Positions 25,057 to 38,369 of a stretch of 64,000 nt of DNA are shown here, in pieces (positions within the stretch are counted from its first letter, which is position 1; each line of letters opens with the position of its first letter). The stretch spans positions 59,895,565 through 59,959,564 of the forward strand of contig NC_068994.1 in NCBI RefSeq assembly GCF_001194135.2, in the 5' to 3' direction. Below the pieces are notes generated by a model, which searched no databases, had not been told where the DNA came from, and saw nothing but the letters and a program-made list of their open reading frames with translations. Made by a program: the position numbers and the translations under genes. Source of the stretch: Octopus bimaculoides. Taxonomy: Eukaryota.

Positions 25057-25421
25057 TATAAACATAATTAAGGGATCAGCAAACATTTGCTTCACCACAT
25101 ACCGAAGTTCAGAAATAGCAGCTAAAAAAAGTTGAGACTCCAACAGATAGCATTACTTGTAACTCACAAAGGCAAAAACAAGAAGAAAGAACAATGAAAA
25201 CTAACCATTCCGAAGTTAATCATAGACGCGTTTCTGGATTATGAGCGATAATACTCAATTTCCTTCATCAATACGATATTCCAGTAGTAAATTCGACCAT
25301 GCTAGTAAACTGTGCATGCATGAACGAGTGAACATCATACATCGACACAACCTGAAAGCATAACCGAGAACTTCGGTTTGTGGTGAAGCAAATGTTTGCT
25401 GATCCCTTAATTATGTTTATA
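25057..25421. repeat. 54-bp inverted repeat (25057-25110 / 25368-25421), 1 mismatch
   Basis: tataaacataattaagggatcagcaaacatttgcttcaccacataccgaagttc versus its reverse complement. Confidence 0.95.
25219..25277 (-). ncRNA. Type I hammerhead-ribozyme-like motif (PLE type), U3 variant
   Basis: Minus strand ATCGTA-TTGATGA-A-GGA..(tgag/ctca hairpin)..TCC-A-GAA-ACGCGT-C-TATGAT: 6-bp stem I, palindromic stem III, GUC site. Confidence 0.7.
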
Positions 25422-25597
25422 TAGGTTGGGGAAGAAAAGAATAGAATCCGCAAGAACGGCATGAATTACAGGGAAGGTTTTCTCTTCATAAATACTCCCC
25501 CTCCTCACTGAGATTCAGACATCCCGGAAGCCATTGATAATATTTAATGACGTCGAGCGCCAAGGGAATGGAACACGCTCAAAACAGATACAACGCG

Positions 25598-25645
<48 letters not shown>

Positions 25646-26463
25646 CAGATTATGTCCTTTCAGTAGTATTAGTCATTGGAATATGACCATGCTGGGGCAC
25701 CGCACATCTAACCATTATTTAATTCAGTCTGTAGAGGAGTGTATATATGAATGCGCGCGCGCGTTGATTTGGTTACTTGTGTTATTTATTTAAATTGATT
25801 CGAATTTCTCACCACAATTGTCGCCTGAGGATCGCAGGAGTGAGAAATTCGAGGCGCGGTGGTGGTGGTGGTGGGGACATGTTTCAGATTACACACGCCC
25901 CCCCCCACACACACACACACATCCATCCATACAAACACACATAAGCATTAATGTTGGTCGTAAGTGAAAGGGAAGGCTGGAATAAAATTGCTGTGGGATT
26001 AATTTAAGAGATAAACGTGAAGTGGTGTCATAAGAAGAAAGTTAAGAGGAAATTTAGGATGGGCGTCTGTGAACAATAGAGTCGTTAACATCCCCCTCGC
26101 AGCCTCCTCTTCCTCGCCACCATCATCATCATCGTCGTCATCTAAACCAGTAGCATTAACATTGATAAACAACAGCAACAATGATATAACCACAACAACA
26201 ATAACAGCAACAAGGAAGCCTTTAAGTGGTATCTTCGCATGCTAGAAATAGCAATGAAATTCCCTCAAATACCATCCTACCGGACGGATGTACCGGATGA
26301 GATAATGTCTTTCTTCCCAGATCTGTTTAATCGGGGCTGATAACGAGCTAAACAACAACAACAACAAGGCAAATATCTCCATCAATAACAACAACAACAA
26401 TAAGCAATGAATCTTCGTCAGTTTTCGCGTCGTGCATTCGAATGAATTGTTCATTGAATTAGT

Positions 26464-26580
26464 GTACAAGTGGCCGAGTACTCCACAGACAGGTGTAGCC
26501 TTAACATGATTCTTAACTAGAATCAGCGTTACACAGTGTGTGGCAAAGCTGGACCAATGAATTACTGGTATAACTCATTG
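26464..26580 (-). mobile_element. SINE family D tail fragment
   Basis: Reverse complement resembles the 3' half of 5834-6125 (gagtactccacagac...). Confidence 0.5.
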
Positions 26581-26689
26581 ACGGGCTTCCACGCAGTTTT
26601 CATCGACCCAGTTTTGTTCACAAAATGTCTTTTACATAATTTGACCCAAGAAAAAAAAAAACACTTGCCTAACATGTCACACAGTCGGA

Positions 26690-26815
26690 TTGAACCCTGA
26701 AGGGATGAAAGGCAAAGTGGACCTCGGTGGAATTTGAACTCAGAACGTAAAGACGGATGAAATGCTGCGAAGTATTTTGACCGGCGTACAAACTATTCTG
26801 TCAGTTTTCCGCCTT
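26690..26815 (-). mobile_element. SINE family C fragment
   Basis: ccctgaagggatgaaaggcaaagtggacctcggtggaatttgaactcagaacg. Confidence 0.8.
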
Positions 26816-26831
26816 AATAGTAATAATAATA

Positions 26832-27040
26832 ATTTCTAATATAGGTACAAGGCCTGAAATTTGGAGGGAGATGGCAAGTCGATTACATCGACCCCAGTGC
26901 TCAACTGGTACTTGTTTAATCGGCCCCAAAAGGATGAAAGTCAAAGTCAACCTCGGCGGAATTTGAACTCAGAATGTGATAGACGGACGAAATATCGCTA
27001 AGCATTTGTCCGGCATGCAAACAATTCTGCCAGCTCACCG
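26832..27040 (-). mobile_element. SINE family C
   Basis: Same core plus alternative tail (aggcctgaaatttggaggg). Confidence 0.8.
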
Positions 27041-27869
27041 ATCTCAAATGACATCGTACCATCAAAAGAAAAGAAAGAACACCAGGGGCTGCAGTGTGAG
27101 GTACAAAGATTTCTGGAAAATGACGGGATGGTCATGGATGCTATGTCTTTCATTATAATAAGTTTGGGGTACTCAGTTAGCGCCGACCGGGGGCTAAACA
27201 ACAGCAGTACTTATAACACTGGCGATGATTGCGATGAAAGCATAAAATAAAGAAACAAGGAAAATAATTGTTTATGTAAGGTTGTGAGTGTTTGGTATAA
27301 TTTGAGAATCTGTTAAGTTGTGATGTGGAAGTAATTCCCTCAAGAACTGGGTAATGGTGTAACTAAAGAATGTAGGTCATTTCAACATCCAGCAGGGTAT
27401 CTTCTGTGTCGAAAGCTGACTGAAAACTTTCACATTCATTCATAGGCATTTTCATTACATTTTATTCTTTTCTTCCTTCCGCTTTTTTTTCTCCTTTTCT
27501 TTCTACTCCACTCCTTCTCACAATTAAATAATCCCCTATTTTAAGGGAATTCCATCCATCCGAATCTTTAGTACTTCATTCCAGTTTCTGTGTTTGACGG
27601 ACGAGAGTAAAAGAAAGCTAATCCTCTCTCTTGGTTAACACTTTAGTTTATGGTAAGTAACCATCTCCACTCGTAGTAGATTGGGTACTTATTACCGACA
27701 TGCGAGCTGAAGTACAAAAGGACAAATTCTAACAGACCTTGAGTCACAAAGAAATACTCGCAGACATTTCAACATGCGAATCACATTTCCTCCCCAGAGC
27801 TTCACAGGAAAAGTTGCTAGAAATACCAGTATGAGATTCAATTTTAGGTTTTTAAATAATAGTTTAGAG

Positions 27870-28127
27870 CAGGGGTTCTCAACCATTTTTTATCTAGGGA
27901 CCGCTTTGATTACTACTTTATTCTGGTGAACCCCCATAGCCATTTGATGTTTAAAAACTAGTTTTACAGAAACGTCTTTCAAAATTCCCATGTAAAACTT
28001 AAGACAAAGAAACCTAGCTTGGGGTGGGGGTACATCCAAAGTAATAGTGTTTCATGGACCCTTAAAATACTACTGTGCATCGTCAATTTACTATTTTGCC
28101 TGTATGGACCCCAGTTGAGAATCACTG
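27870..28127. mobile_element. hAT (Charlie-like) MITE, 258 bp
   Basis: TIRs CAGGGGTTCTCAAC / GTTGAGAATCACTG (12/14); exact 8-bp TSD GTTTAGAG at 27862-27869 and 28128-28135. Confidence 0.9.
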
Positions 28128-29399
28128 GTTTAGAGCCTCAAAATTATATAAAAAAAAAAATACGTTAATGTTTTCTGTTTTATGAGACCTTGTGGTCTTC
28201 GACAAAGGACCCCTTTACAGAGTTTAGGACCTTACTAAATTTAAATCTGATTTTGCCCTTAACAAACAATAGAGTTCTGTTGCTCTCGCATCTAGGACGG
28301 CGCTTCGACTACTATACAAAAACTAGCAAAGGACTCACTCAACCCCCCCCCCTCCAACATCGTTTATATCACACACACCTGATGTCACATCATATATCTC
28401 CTAGCGCTACTGCAACCGCTCCTTGAAACTGACCTAGTTATATACACCCTGACGTCTTTTCGTCACCCAGGGTCTGTCTACCGTCAAAGACCCTACTATT
28501 TACACTGACCACCACTCAATCCAATCCAAGGCATCCTGTCCACCTCGCTATTGTTGTGTTTAGCCCCAGAGCAACCACAATCGAGTAGGATCTATTATCA
28601 AACAATATTCTCGTTCATCAAATTCGTTTTCCTCTAATAATCCCATACCCTCGACCACCAAACCACCACCACCACCACCACCCTTCGAGAAATCCCTTTC
28701 CTCTTTGCAACATCTCTATATACACCACCTTCCTCATTAAACATGTTTTTCAGCCATGTTTTGTTACAGAGGACATCTAAGTTGTGTGACATGTTTGGCT
28801 GTCTGGACATATGGTTACGATCAGTGCAAAGAAAACAAATTGTCCACCGACAACTTGGGTGTGGTGTATTGCCATGTGGTATTGTGATGGGAAAAACATC
28901 GTGATACTGCTACTGACGGTGATGATGATGATGATGATGATGATGACGACGACGACGACAATGATATGGGTGTGAGGTAATGTGGTAATAGTGAGAGGTA
29001 ATGATGAAGGCGTCTGTCTGTCTGTCTGTCTACGCACACATACGCTAGAGTCTATCTTGGTTTTCAATCTATTTTTTCTTTCCTTCACCTCTCCCCCAAA
29101 TCTCACTGCCTCTCTTTCTTCCTTCTTTCTTTTCTTCTTCCAAAGAGTTGCCGTGAAACATTGACACACGAGCCTTCATTCATTGGTTTAAAACGGGAAC
29201 AATTCTTAAAGAATTCTCAGATAATGGTTTGAATAGTTTGGGAAGATTTAGAACAGTGTGTGGGCATGGATTCTGTTGAGGTGATCTTTGAATGTAATTG
29301 TTTTAGAATTTGTGTGTGATGTGGTGGTGTTGTTGCAGTTCTTGATGATGTTGGAGATGGCGGTGACGATATGAAGAAAATTGTTTTAGTTTGTTATTG

Positions 29400-29590
29400 C
29401 TTAACGCTATGTTAACCCTGATCGACTGATGATCGAAAGCGTTCCAGCCAGGACTATCCTCTCTTTTTATGGGTATCTAGGAAATACATCAGCTAATATA
29501 CCCTTCCCTTTTTTCAAGACAGTACAGTGTGATTTGAGGGAGAATTGGTTGCTATTTCTTGTAGATTGAATGACCAGGGAAAGGATCCCG
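29400..29590 (+). mobile_element. Dispersed repeat family E
   Basis: ccctgatcga...aaagcgttccagcca...gtgtgatttgagggagaattggttgctatttct. Confidence 0.65.
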
Positions 29591-30836
29591 GATCTTTTCA
29601 ATCTCAATCACAGATTTTTTAATTAATTTTTTTTATCTAAACAGTTTGAAACTTCGGATACTGGTTGAATGTGTCACGTAGAACACAGTTTACTCTTAAC
29701 GTTTTTAACAAAATTTTGTATTTTAGAAGTTATTTCGTGTTGTCGTATTTGGGTAATTTTAACCAATCAATGAAATATATTATGGGCTCGATATGTTTAC
29801 TAAAACCTCTTTAAGGAGATGCTCCAGTCTGGCCACAATAAATGAATGATATCAGTAAAAATGAATGATATCAGTAAAAGAATAAAAGAATCCTAACATT
29901 CAATAAACGTTGACTATTTTCCCCAATAATTTAATCGCTATTCATTAAATTAAATTTCACAATATTATATTGAAATATAAAGATACAATATGAAAAAAAG
30001 AATTCGTTAGAAAAAGAAAGGAATGATAATATTAACCATATGATTTCTGGATCCAATACCTCCTCAGTGTAGAGCGCCACCACGTTCTAAACTTTCTGGT
30101 GGAAATTTTTGCCATATTTCTCCACATGTATATCCAGTGGCAATCAATATGTTAATCGAAGTCGCAACAGTGCTGTTCAATTGTTAAGGTAACGTATGGT
30201 ATCCAGCAACATTGAAAAAAAAATTAATGCAATAGGATGCAGTCCAGGAATGGTTACTATGCCATATGATGCCTTACTGTAGGTGAAACTAGTGTATAAT
30301 GATATGTAGTTTTCTGCAGTATGTCACCGTATGATGATAGTCTGTACCCTGGTAGTTTATATGACGATATGGGGCTAATTTCCATAACGTATTACGGTGC
30401 CATATGACCAGTGTATGTTCTACTGTAAACTTTCGATTGTAGTCTATGTGATATGGTTTCAATGAGGCAAAATAAAGCAGAATGTGGTAATCCTATGATG
30501 TGATGGCGTTATGATTTTGTGAAGGTAATGTATGATAATGAGATGTGGTCTAGTGCTATGCAATGGCGAATGTTGTGATGTGGTGCCCAGTGGTACGGCA
30601 TATAGTAAAGTGGTATTCCAATGGAATCCAGAGGTTGCTTCGTTGATATTGCACAACATCAGAAACCAATGAAAAAGAGATAAACTTATCCATGCCACTC
30701 CCTGTTTGCTCTGTCTTAGATGTTTATCTTTTAAATGCTACATTAAATAAGACATAATTCTTTTATAGACAGGTGAGAGATAAAACAACGATGTGGTCCT
30801 TAATCTGAAATCCATATACAGGATGTACCAGCTGCA

Positions 30837-30870
<34 letters not shown>

Positions 30871-33550
30871 ATAGAGAGAGAGTTAAAGAGAGAAAGTCAG
30901 ACAGACAGAGAATCAGAGATCGACCGCAGAGAGAGAGAGAGAGAGAGAGAGAAAGATTGAAAAAGAGGGAGGGAGAGAGAGAAAAAAGAGAGAGGGAGTG
31001 TGTGTTGTGTTGTGTGTGTCAGTTGATTGATTGGTTGTTTGTCTCTATGACAAGGAAGGGAGTCTTCTTGCCAGAGTCCATGTCTTTTGGGTTTTTCATT
31101 AGTGAAACGAATAAACACCTTTATGTCTTTATTTGACTAAATTTTCTTTTATGTAGAACAGACAACAATACTAGCAACCCAAAACGCACTCAAACACACA
31201 CACACACACACACACAAACAAACACGCACGCACACACATTCTCTTTAGCATTTCAACACATGCGCCAGTCTTCAAAGACATCAAGTACCAGCTTACCATT
31301 TTAAGAAACCATGGTTCAACATATCTTTAACGACTCGTTTCTCGCATACCATCCGTGCAGTGCCTTAATACCAAGAGGTCCTCAATATCTCTACGGGTGA
31401 GATAATGAAGGAGTTATTAATTTTGAACAACTCTCCTCCATACCGGTTTGTAAACAAGTTGTCAGTAATAAGGGCAGAATAAGGTGCATGTTCGATATTG
31501 GAGGTAAAATATACGATTTCGAAGGATTTGAGGCAAGTGGATTTTATTATGGACTTGAGGGGGCAGGAGATGCCACAGAAGATATCGTGAGAACCTGTTT
31601 AGAAAACACGGAGAGAAGGTGACAGGGAATAGCAAATGTTAGCAGAAGAAAACTTTTGCAGATGAAGTTGTCGCTGATAAGAATAGAGATAAGGTTCGGA
31701 TGAGTTAGAAGCTGATAAAGATGACTAACCATTGACCATTCTGTGATAAGAGAATTCCTTGATAGCGTCAATTTGTTCAGTCGACTTATCAACAGAAGCT
31801 GATTCTTTAGCAATATTACCAACATCTCGGAACTGATTATCTTGAAACAGCATCAGCCAGGTAAACCCACTGACACGTTCACTCATGTTTCAGCAAGTCG
31901 AATTTCTTCTCAACAACAACTGTAAAACTTGCTAATGATGGTGATGGTCCACTTGCGATTGTCGCAGTCCCTCCTCAATCACTGCAAACTTCCGTGAAGA
32001 GGATTTAAGGACCAACAACATTGCACGACTAACTCACAATAAGAAGTTATCACTTCTATGTATTCACCCACCTCCACACTACACGAAGCTCCCCTGTCAT
32101 CTACCACGTGTAAATGACATGAACAACTTACATATATTAACATTTTAAATTTTTACATACAGTCATGTTAAATAAGTATATAAGTAATAAAATGTAGATT
32201 TATAGGTTTAATCCACTTTTGTGATGTTTACGGTATTTTCTGTGACTTGGTTACCGATTATCAGGTTCAGCATACAAGGTGTATATGTTTTTAATATCAC
32301 ATATCTGTTCATTTAGATTTGATGTTTGTATTTGTGTTTGTAACACTAAGCAAATTAGACGTAATGGACATATTGTACTAGTGTCAGGCCCTTGCTTCTG
32401 ATCTATAAATTCCTAGGCAGCGTTTATGATTCTAATGCTGGTAACACCGCCGGATTGACTGGTCCAGTCCTGATGTCGAAACCATAATGATATCCATAAA
32501 GTAGCTGAAGATGGGATAATTACGTTGGATGTGCTTGTTGACTGTGGACCTTTTGTATCTTGTGTTCTCATGGTTCTAAGTTGTCCTCCATTGGAATTCT
32601 AGTTTCTTAGAGAGGTAAATGTCTTCTGAGAGTTCTTTGCTGTGGTATATATTAAGCCATTTGTTAACATTGCATAATAGTCCTTCATTAGGATTCGAGT
32701 TCAGGCAAGGGTAATACTTGTTTAGGGGTTTCTAATTGACAGAGATTTTGTTGCATTCATATATAAACACAAACATATTAAGAGTCAAAGGTCCTTCCCG
32801 AAATACAGGCTAATAAGGCCGGTCTCTTGGATTCTATGGCGTATATATATCCACCTCCGTCGCACTAATTTCTGCTATCTGGGTGAACTGGAGGAACCAT
32901 AAATAAAGTGATTTGCTCAAGAACACAATGNNNNNNNNNNNNNNNNNNNNNNNNNNNNNNNNNNNNNNNNNNNNNNNNNNNNNNNNNNNNNNNNNNNNNN
33001 NNNNNNNNNNNNNNNNNNNNNNNNNNNNNNNNNNNNNNNNNNNNNNNNNNNNNNNNNNNNNNNNNNNNNNNNNNNNNNNNNNNNNNNNNNNNNNNNNNNN
33101 NNNNNNNNNNNNNNNNNNNNNNNNNNNNNNNNNNNNNNNNNNNNNNNNNNNNNNNNNNNNNNNNNNNNNNNNNNNNNNNNNNNNNNNNNNNNNNNNNNNN
33201 NNNNNNNNNNNNNNNNNNNNNNNNNNNNNNNNNNNNNNNNNNNNNNNNNNNNNNNNNNNNNNNNNNNNNNNNNNNNNNNNNNNNNNNNNNNNNNNNNNNN
33301 NNNNNNNNNNNNNNNNNNNNNNNNNNNNNNNNNNNNNNNNNNNNNNNNNNNNNNNNNNNNNNNNNNNNNNNNNNNNNNNNNNNNNNNNNNNNNNNNNNNN
33401 NNNNNNNNNNNNNNNNNNNNNNNNNNNNNNNNNNNNNNNNNNNNNNNNNNNNNNNNNNNNNNNNNNNNNNNNNNNNNNNNNNNNNNNNNNNNNNNNNNNN
33501 NNNNNNNNNNNNNNNNNNNNNNNNNNATATATATATATATATATATATAT

Positions 33551-33609
<59 letters not shown>

Positions 33610-34700
33610 CACATACACACACATATATATAAACACAAACACACACACCTTACAACAGCTGAATTGTTTCACTACATTATCTAAGACAGGAAGACATTCC
33701 TGTCTTTGATGAGAGAGAATATAATGTATCCGTTGTAAGGTATTAACATCCTTTATATACATAAACACATATACATGTATATACAAACAAATGTATATGT
33801 GTGTGAGTGTGTATGTGTGTGTATACACACACTTATAAATACATACGCTCAAAATATAGAAGACGGAAAAAAGATAATCAGAGATACGTAGAGATATCTA
33901 CAGATTTAGGTATATGCATGCTTCCTTATAACATGCATATATATATGTATATATGTNNNNNNNNNNNNNNNNNNNNNNNNNNNNNNNNNNNNNNNNNNNN
34001 NNNNNNNNNNNNNNNNNNNNNNNNNNNNNNNNNNNNNNNNNNNNNNNNNNNNNNNNNNNNNNNNNNNNNNNNNNNNNNNNNNNNNNNNNNNNNNNNNNNN
34101 NNNNNNNNNNNNNNNNNNNNNNNNNNNNNNNNNNNNNNNNNNNNNNNNNNNNNNNNNNNNNNNNNNNNNNNNNNNNNNNNNNNNNNNNNNNNNNNNNNNN
34201 NNNNNNNNNNNNNNNNNNNNNNNNNNNNNNNNNNNNNNNNNNNNNNNNNNNNNNNNNNNNNNNNNNNNNNNNNNNNNNNNNNNNNNNNNNNNNNNNNNNN
34301 NNNNNNNNNNNNNNNNNNNNNNNNNNNNNNNNNNNNNNNNNNNNNNNNNNNNNNNNNNNNNNNNNNNNNNNNNNNNNNNNNNNNNNNNNNNNNNNNNNNN
34401 NNNNNNNNNNNNNNNNNNNNNNNNNNNNNNNNNNNNNNNNNNNNNNNNNNNNNNNNNNNNNNNNNNNNNNNNNNNNNNNNNNNNNNNNNNNNNNNNNNNN
34501 NNNNNNNNNNNNNNNNNNNNNNNNNNNNNNNNNNNNNNNNNNNNNNNNNNNNNNNNNNNNNNNNNNNNNNNNNNNNNNNNNNNNNNNNNNNNNNNNNNNN
34601 NNNNNNNNNNNNNNNNNNNNNNNNNNNTATATATATATATATATACACACATATATATACTATTGCCTCGCGCCGACTAAGCTGAAAGATGCCCGTCGTA

Positions 34701-34750
<50 letters not shown>

Positions 34751-34789
34751 CACCATCGCTTGACAACCGTACATATGTGTATGTGTGTA

Positions 34790-34985
34790 TCATCATCCTC
34801 CTCCTCCTCATCATTTAATGTCCATCGTCCATGCTGGCATGGGTTGGACGCTTTGCCTGGGCTGGCATGCTGGAAAGCCGTACCAGACTCCAATCTCATT
34901 TGGCATCGTTTTCTGCAGCTGGATGCCCTTCCTAACGCCAACCACTCAGAGAGTGTAGTGGGTGCTTTTACGTATCACGTGTGCC
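34790..34985 (-). mobile_element. Family B copy
   Basis: ctgcagctggatgcccttcctaacgccaaccactcagagagtgtagtgggtgcttttacg. Confidence 0.8.
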
Positions 34986-36639
34986 TGATGCCGGAATAAA
35001 GGATTATCTTATGAACTTCATTGGCTTACAGATGTTTCGCTATAGAATGCGGTGAATTTATAGTTGAGTTTCTGACTAACACCTTTCAGGGACTCAAATT
35101 TGAGTCAACTGCATCGAATAGCGGGAACAGCTGTAAGCTAACGATTAATTCTTTTTTTTTTTTTTTCGGATGTATGACGTTGTGTACGTATATAGATATA
35201 GATTACACTCTGCCTGGCTGCAGTTAAATGACAGAAACAAGTAAATGTTAGAAGGTTAATCATATGTATGCATGTATGTTTATATGTATGTACGTATGTA
35301 TGTATGTTTATATGTATGTATATATGTATGTATGTACAAACATATATCGAAACGAATTTATCCACATACGTATATATCGCATACATACATTCGAAACGCC
35401 GGTGTTAAAACGGGGGTAGCTGATGAAGAAGAATGTTCTCTATGTGGCTTGTGTGTTTTCTCGTCTACGTTTTGTTTGCAATGTCCTGTACCCAGATATG
35501 CACCTATACATACAGGTGGATGTCGGTATGCACATACCTGTACGTATATATGCATATACTCATTTACTATTTGTTTATATATATATATATATAGATAGAT
35601 AGATAGATAGATAGATAGATCATACTGAAACTTTGGTAGCGCAACTGGGATATCTGTCGATACGTGAGTCGAGGTACTATAGTATGGCCGTAGCCCAATG
35701 ACTGGTTCCAGTCCAGAACAAACACCCGCGCGCATCCCCTCCCCCACCTACACGTATATAATTGAAATTGCACGACACAGAAAGCAGTGTCGAAGTCGAA
35801 CGGAACTGGTTAAGTTTGAAAGGCAACCACGAAGACGACTTGGATTATGGCCCTATAAACATTCTTAAGTTTGTGTGTGTGAGTGAGTGGGTGTGTGTGT
35901 GTATGTGTGTGCGAGTGCGCGTGTATGTGTGTGTTTCTATATCTGTGTGTGTGTGTGTGTGCGAGTGCGCGCATGTTATGTATATGTATGCGTCTGTGTA
36001 TGTGTGTGTGTGTATGTATATATGTATGTATGAATGTATGTGTGAATGTGTGTATGTATGTATGTATGTATGTATGTATGTATGTGTGTGTGTATGTGTG
36101 TGTGTGTATGTACGTATGTATGTATATAGCAAGAGGTTCAGCGGAGGTAATGTAAGGAGTTGGACGTGTGTGGAATTTGAAAACAAAATCAAGTGAGGCA
36201 CAAAACAAAGACGGTTGTTCGATTAGGGGTTCCGACCTGCTTCCTTCATCTCAGCCGCTGTCTCCCTCAACAAGTCGGCAACAACGAGAATAACAAGAAG
36301 AACAACAGGAAAAGCTGTAGTAATATTCATAAAGGTTACTTACAGACCACTTTGTATGAGCCGAATCCGCAGCATCATTGGCTGTGATGTGGTAACGTGG
36401 ATAGGTTATTGGCAGATGCGAGAGGAAGCGAACCAGCCGAGGTTAGGATGACAAGCAATGGCAGGCCAAAGCCTAGCGTTGACAGAGAAATAACAACAGA
36501 AACACAATTTGCCACTTGGCGAAAACTGGAGTTGTTATCTAAACAGCAAACATTAGGGAACAACTGTTTGTGTGTGTATAAAGTGTAGGTGCAGTGGGAA
36601 AAAAGTGTGCGTGCGTGCGTGTGGTAATCTGTGGGAGAA

Positions 36640-36736
36640 AGGGGGGGGTGATAGTGGAAGTGAGAGACGGAGAGAGAGAGAGAGAGAGGATGGACTGGAA
36701 AAGAAACTGATAAAGAGTAGAGAGAGAGGTTCACAC

Positions 36737-36767
<31 letters not shown>

Positions 36768-36997
36768 GAGATAGAGAGATAGATAGACGGACGAACGGAT
36801 GGATGGAGGGATGGGTATATATATATATATATANNNNNNNNNNNNNNNNNNNNNNNNNNNNNNNNNNNNNNNNNNNNNNNNNNNNNNNNNNNNNNNNNNN
36901 NNNNNNNNNNNNNNNNNNNNNNNNNNNNNNNNNNNNNNNNNNNNNNNNNNNNNNNNNNNNNNNNNNNNNNNNNNNNNNNNNNNNNNNNNNNNNNNNN

Positions 36998-37043
<46 letters not shown>

Positions 37044-37520
37044 ATACGTATGTATAGAAGAAGGAAGGGGAAGTTAAGGAAAAAGAAGGTGTTGTACAAA
37101 TGAGAAACTGAGGGAATAGAGAGAGGAGAAAGTTATAGAAGGGGGATGGAAAGAGGTTCTTAAGAGAGAGGGGGAGATTAAAGTGTAAAGGGGGCGAAGG
37201 AGGAGGAAGTTATATATAGGGGGACAGGAGTGAGAGGGGAGGTTTAGTGAGGAAGAAAGATAGAAGAGATGGGATGAGGGAAAGAAAAGTAGTGAGTGAG
37301 GGGCAGAAGGGGAGGCAAGATAGGATGGAGACGAGAGAGAGAGAGAGAGAAAAAAGAGGAAATGAGAAATAGATTAAGAGTGGGGGGAGGGTGGAAATAA
37401 GGGAAGGGGAGGGGTTGTGTTCGAAGATTAAAAAGGAGCGGAGAGAAAACAAAGAGAAAAACTAGAGGAAGAGGAGATGGAGGGGAGCTGAGAAGGAAGA
37501 GGAGGAGGAGAAAAGAGAAT
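36640..37520. repeat. Purine-rich low-complexity and (GATA)n/(TA)n tracts around a gap
   Basis: Direct read. Confidence 0.85.
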
Positions 37521-38369
37521 CACAGGAAGAGATAGATGTGTGTGTGGGGGGATGCATGTGTGTATGCGCGTGTGTGTATAGGTGTGCGTTTGTATGTGTA
37601 TGTACGTGCATGTGCGTTTGTGTGTGAGCATGTGCTTATGTTTGTGTATGTCGTAAGCATTTGTGTACATGTGTGTATATGCGCTTGTATGTGTGTATGT
37701 GGATGTGTGTGTATATCTATCTTTTCCCATCATTTTGTTATTTTTCTCTACTTCCAGAGCGACCATTCTAGCAATGGCAGCACGCATTGCTTGTGGATCA
37801 CATACATACAGCTTTAAAGATAGTCTTCATTTTATATATATATATATATATATATNNNNNNNNNNNNNNNNNNNNNNNNNNNNNNNNNNNNNNNNNNNNN
37901 NNNNNNNNNNNNNNNNNNNNNNNNNNNNNNNNNNNNNNNNNNNNNNNNNNNNNNNNNNNNNNNNNNNNNNNNNNNNNNNNNNNNNNNNNNNNNNNNNNNN
38001 NNNNNNNNNNNNNNNNNNNNNNNNNNNNNNNNNNNNNNNNNNNNNNNNNNNNNNNNNNNNNNNNNNNNNNNNNNNNNNNNNNNNNNNNNNNNNNNNNNNN
38101 NNNNNNNNNNNNNNNNNNNNNNNNNNNNNNNNNNNNNNNNNNNNNNNNNNNNNNNNNNNNNNNNNNNNNNNNNNNNNNNNNNNNNNNNNNNNNNNNNNNN
38201 NNNNNNNNNNNNNNNNNNNNNNNNNNNNNNNNNNNNNNNNNNNNNNNNNNNNNNNNNNNNNNNNNNNNNNNNNNNNNNNNNNNNNNNNNNNNNNNNNNNN
38301 NNNNNNNNNNNNNNNNNNNNNNNNNNNNNNNNNNNNNNNNNNNNNNNNNNNNNNNNNNNNNNNNNNTAT

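Noticed and set aside
33683-33706. 10-bp perfect hairpin aagacaggaa-gaca-ttcctgtctt
   Set aside because: Short and isolated, with no supporting context
35020-35430. Partial hammerhead-like pieces (GCGAAACATCTGTA on minus; GAAACGCCGGTGT and CTGATGAAG on plus)
   Set aside because: Cores incomplete or in an order that cannot form the three stems; possibly PLE debris
36465-36491. ISLSTLGFG resembling a K+ channel selectivity filter
   Set aside because: No following Asp/Pro, no aromatic pore-helix residues and no splice context; treated as chance
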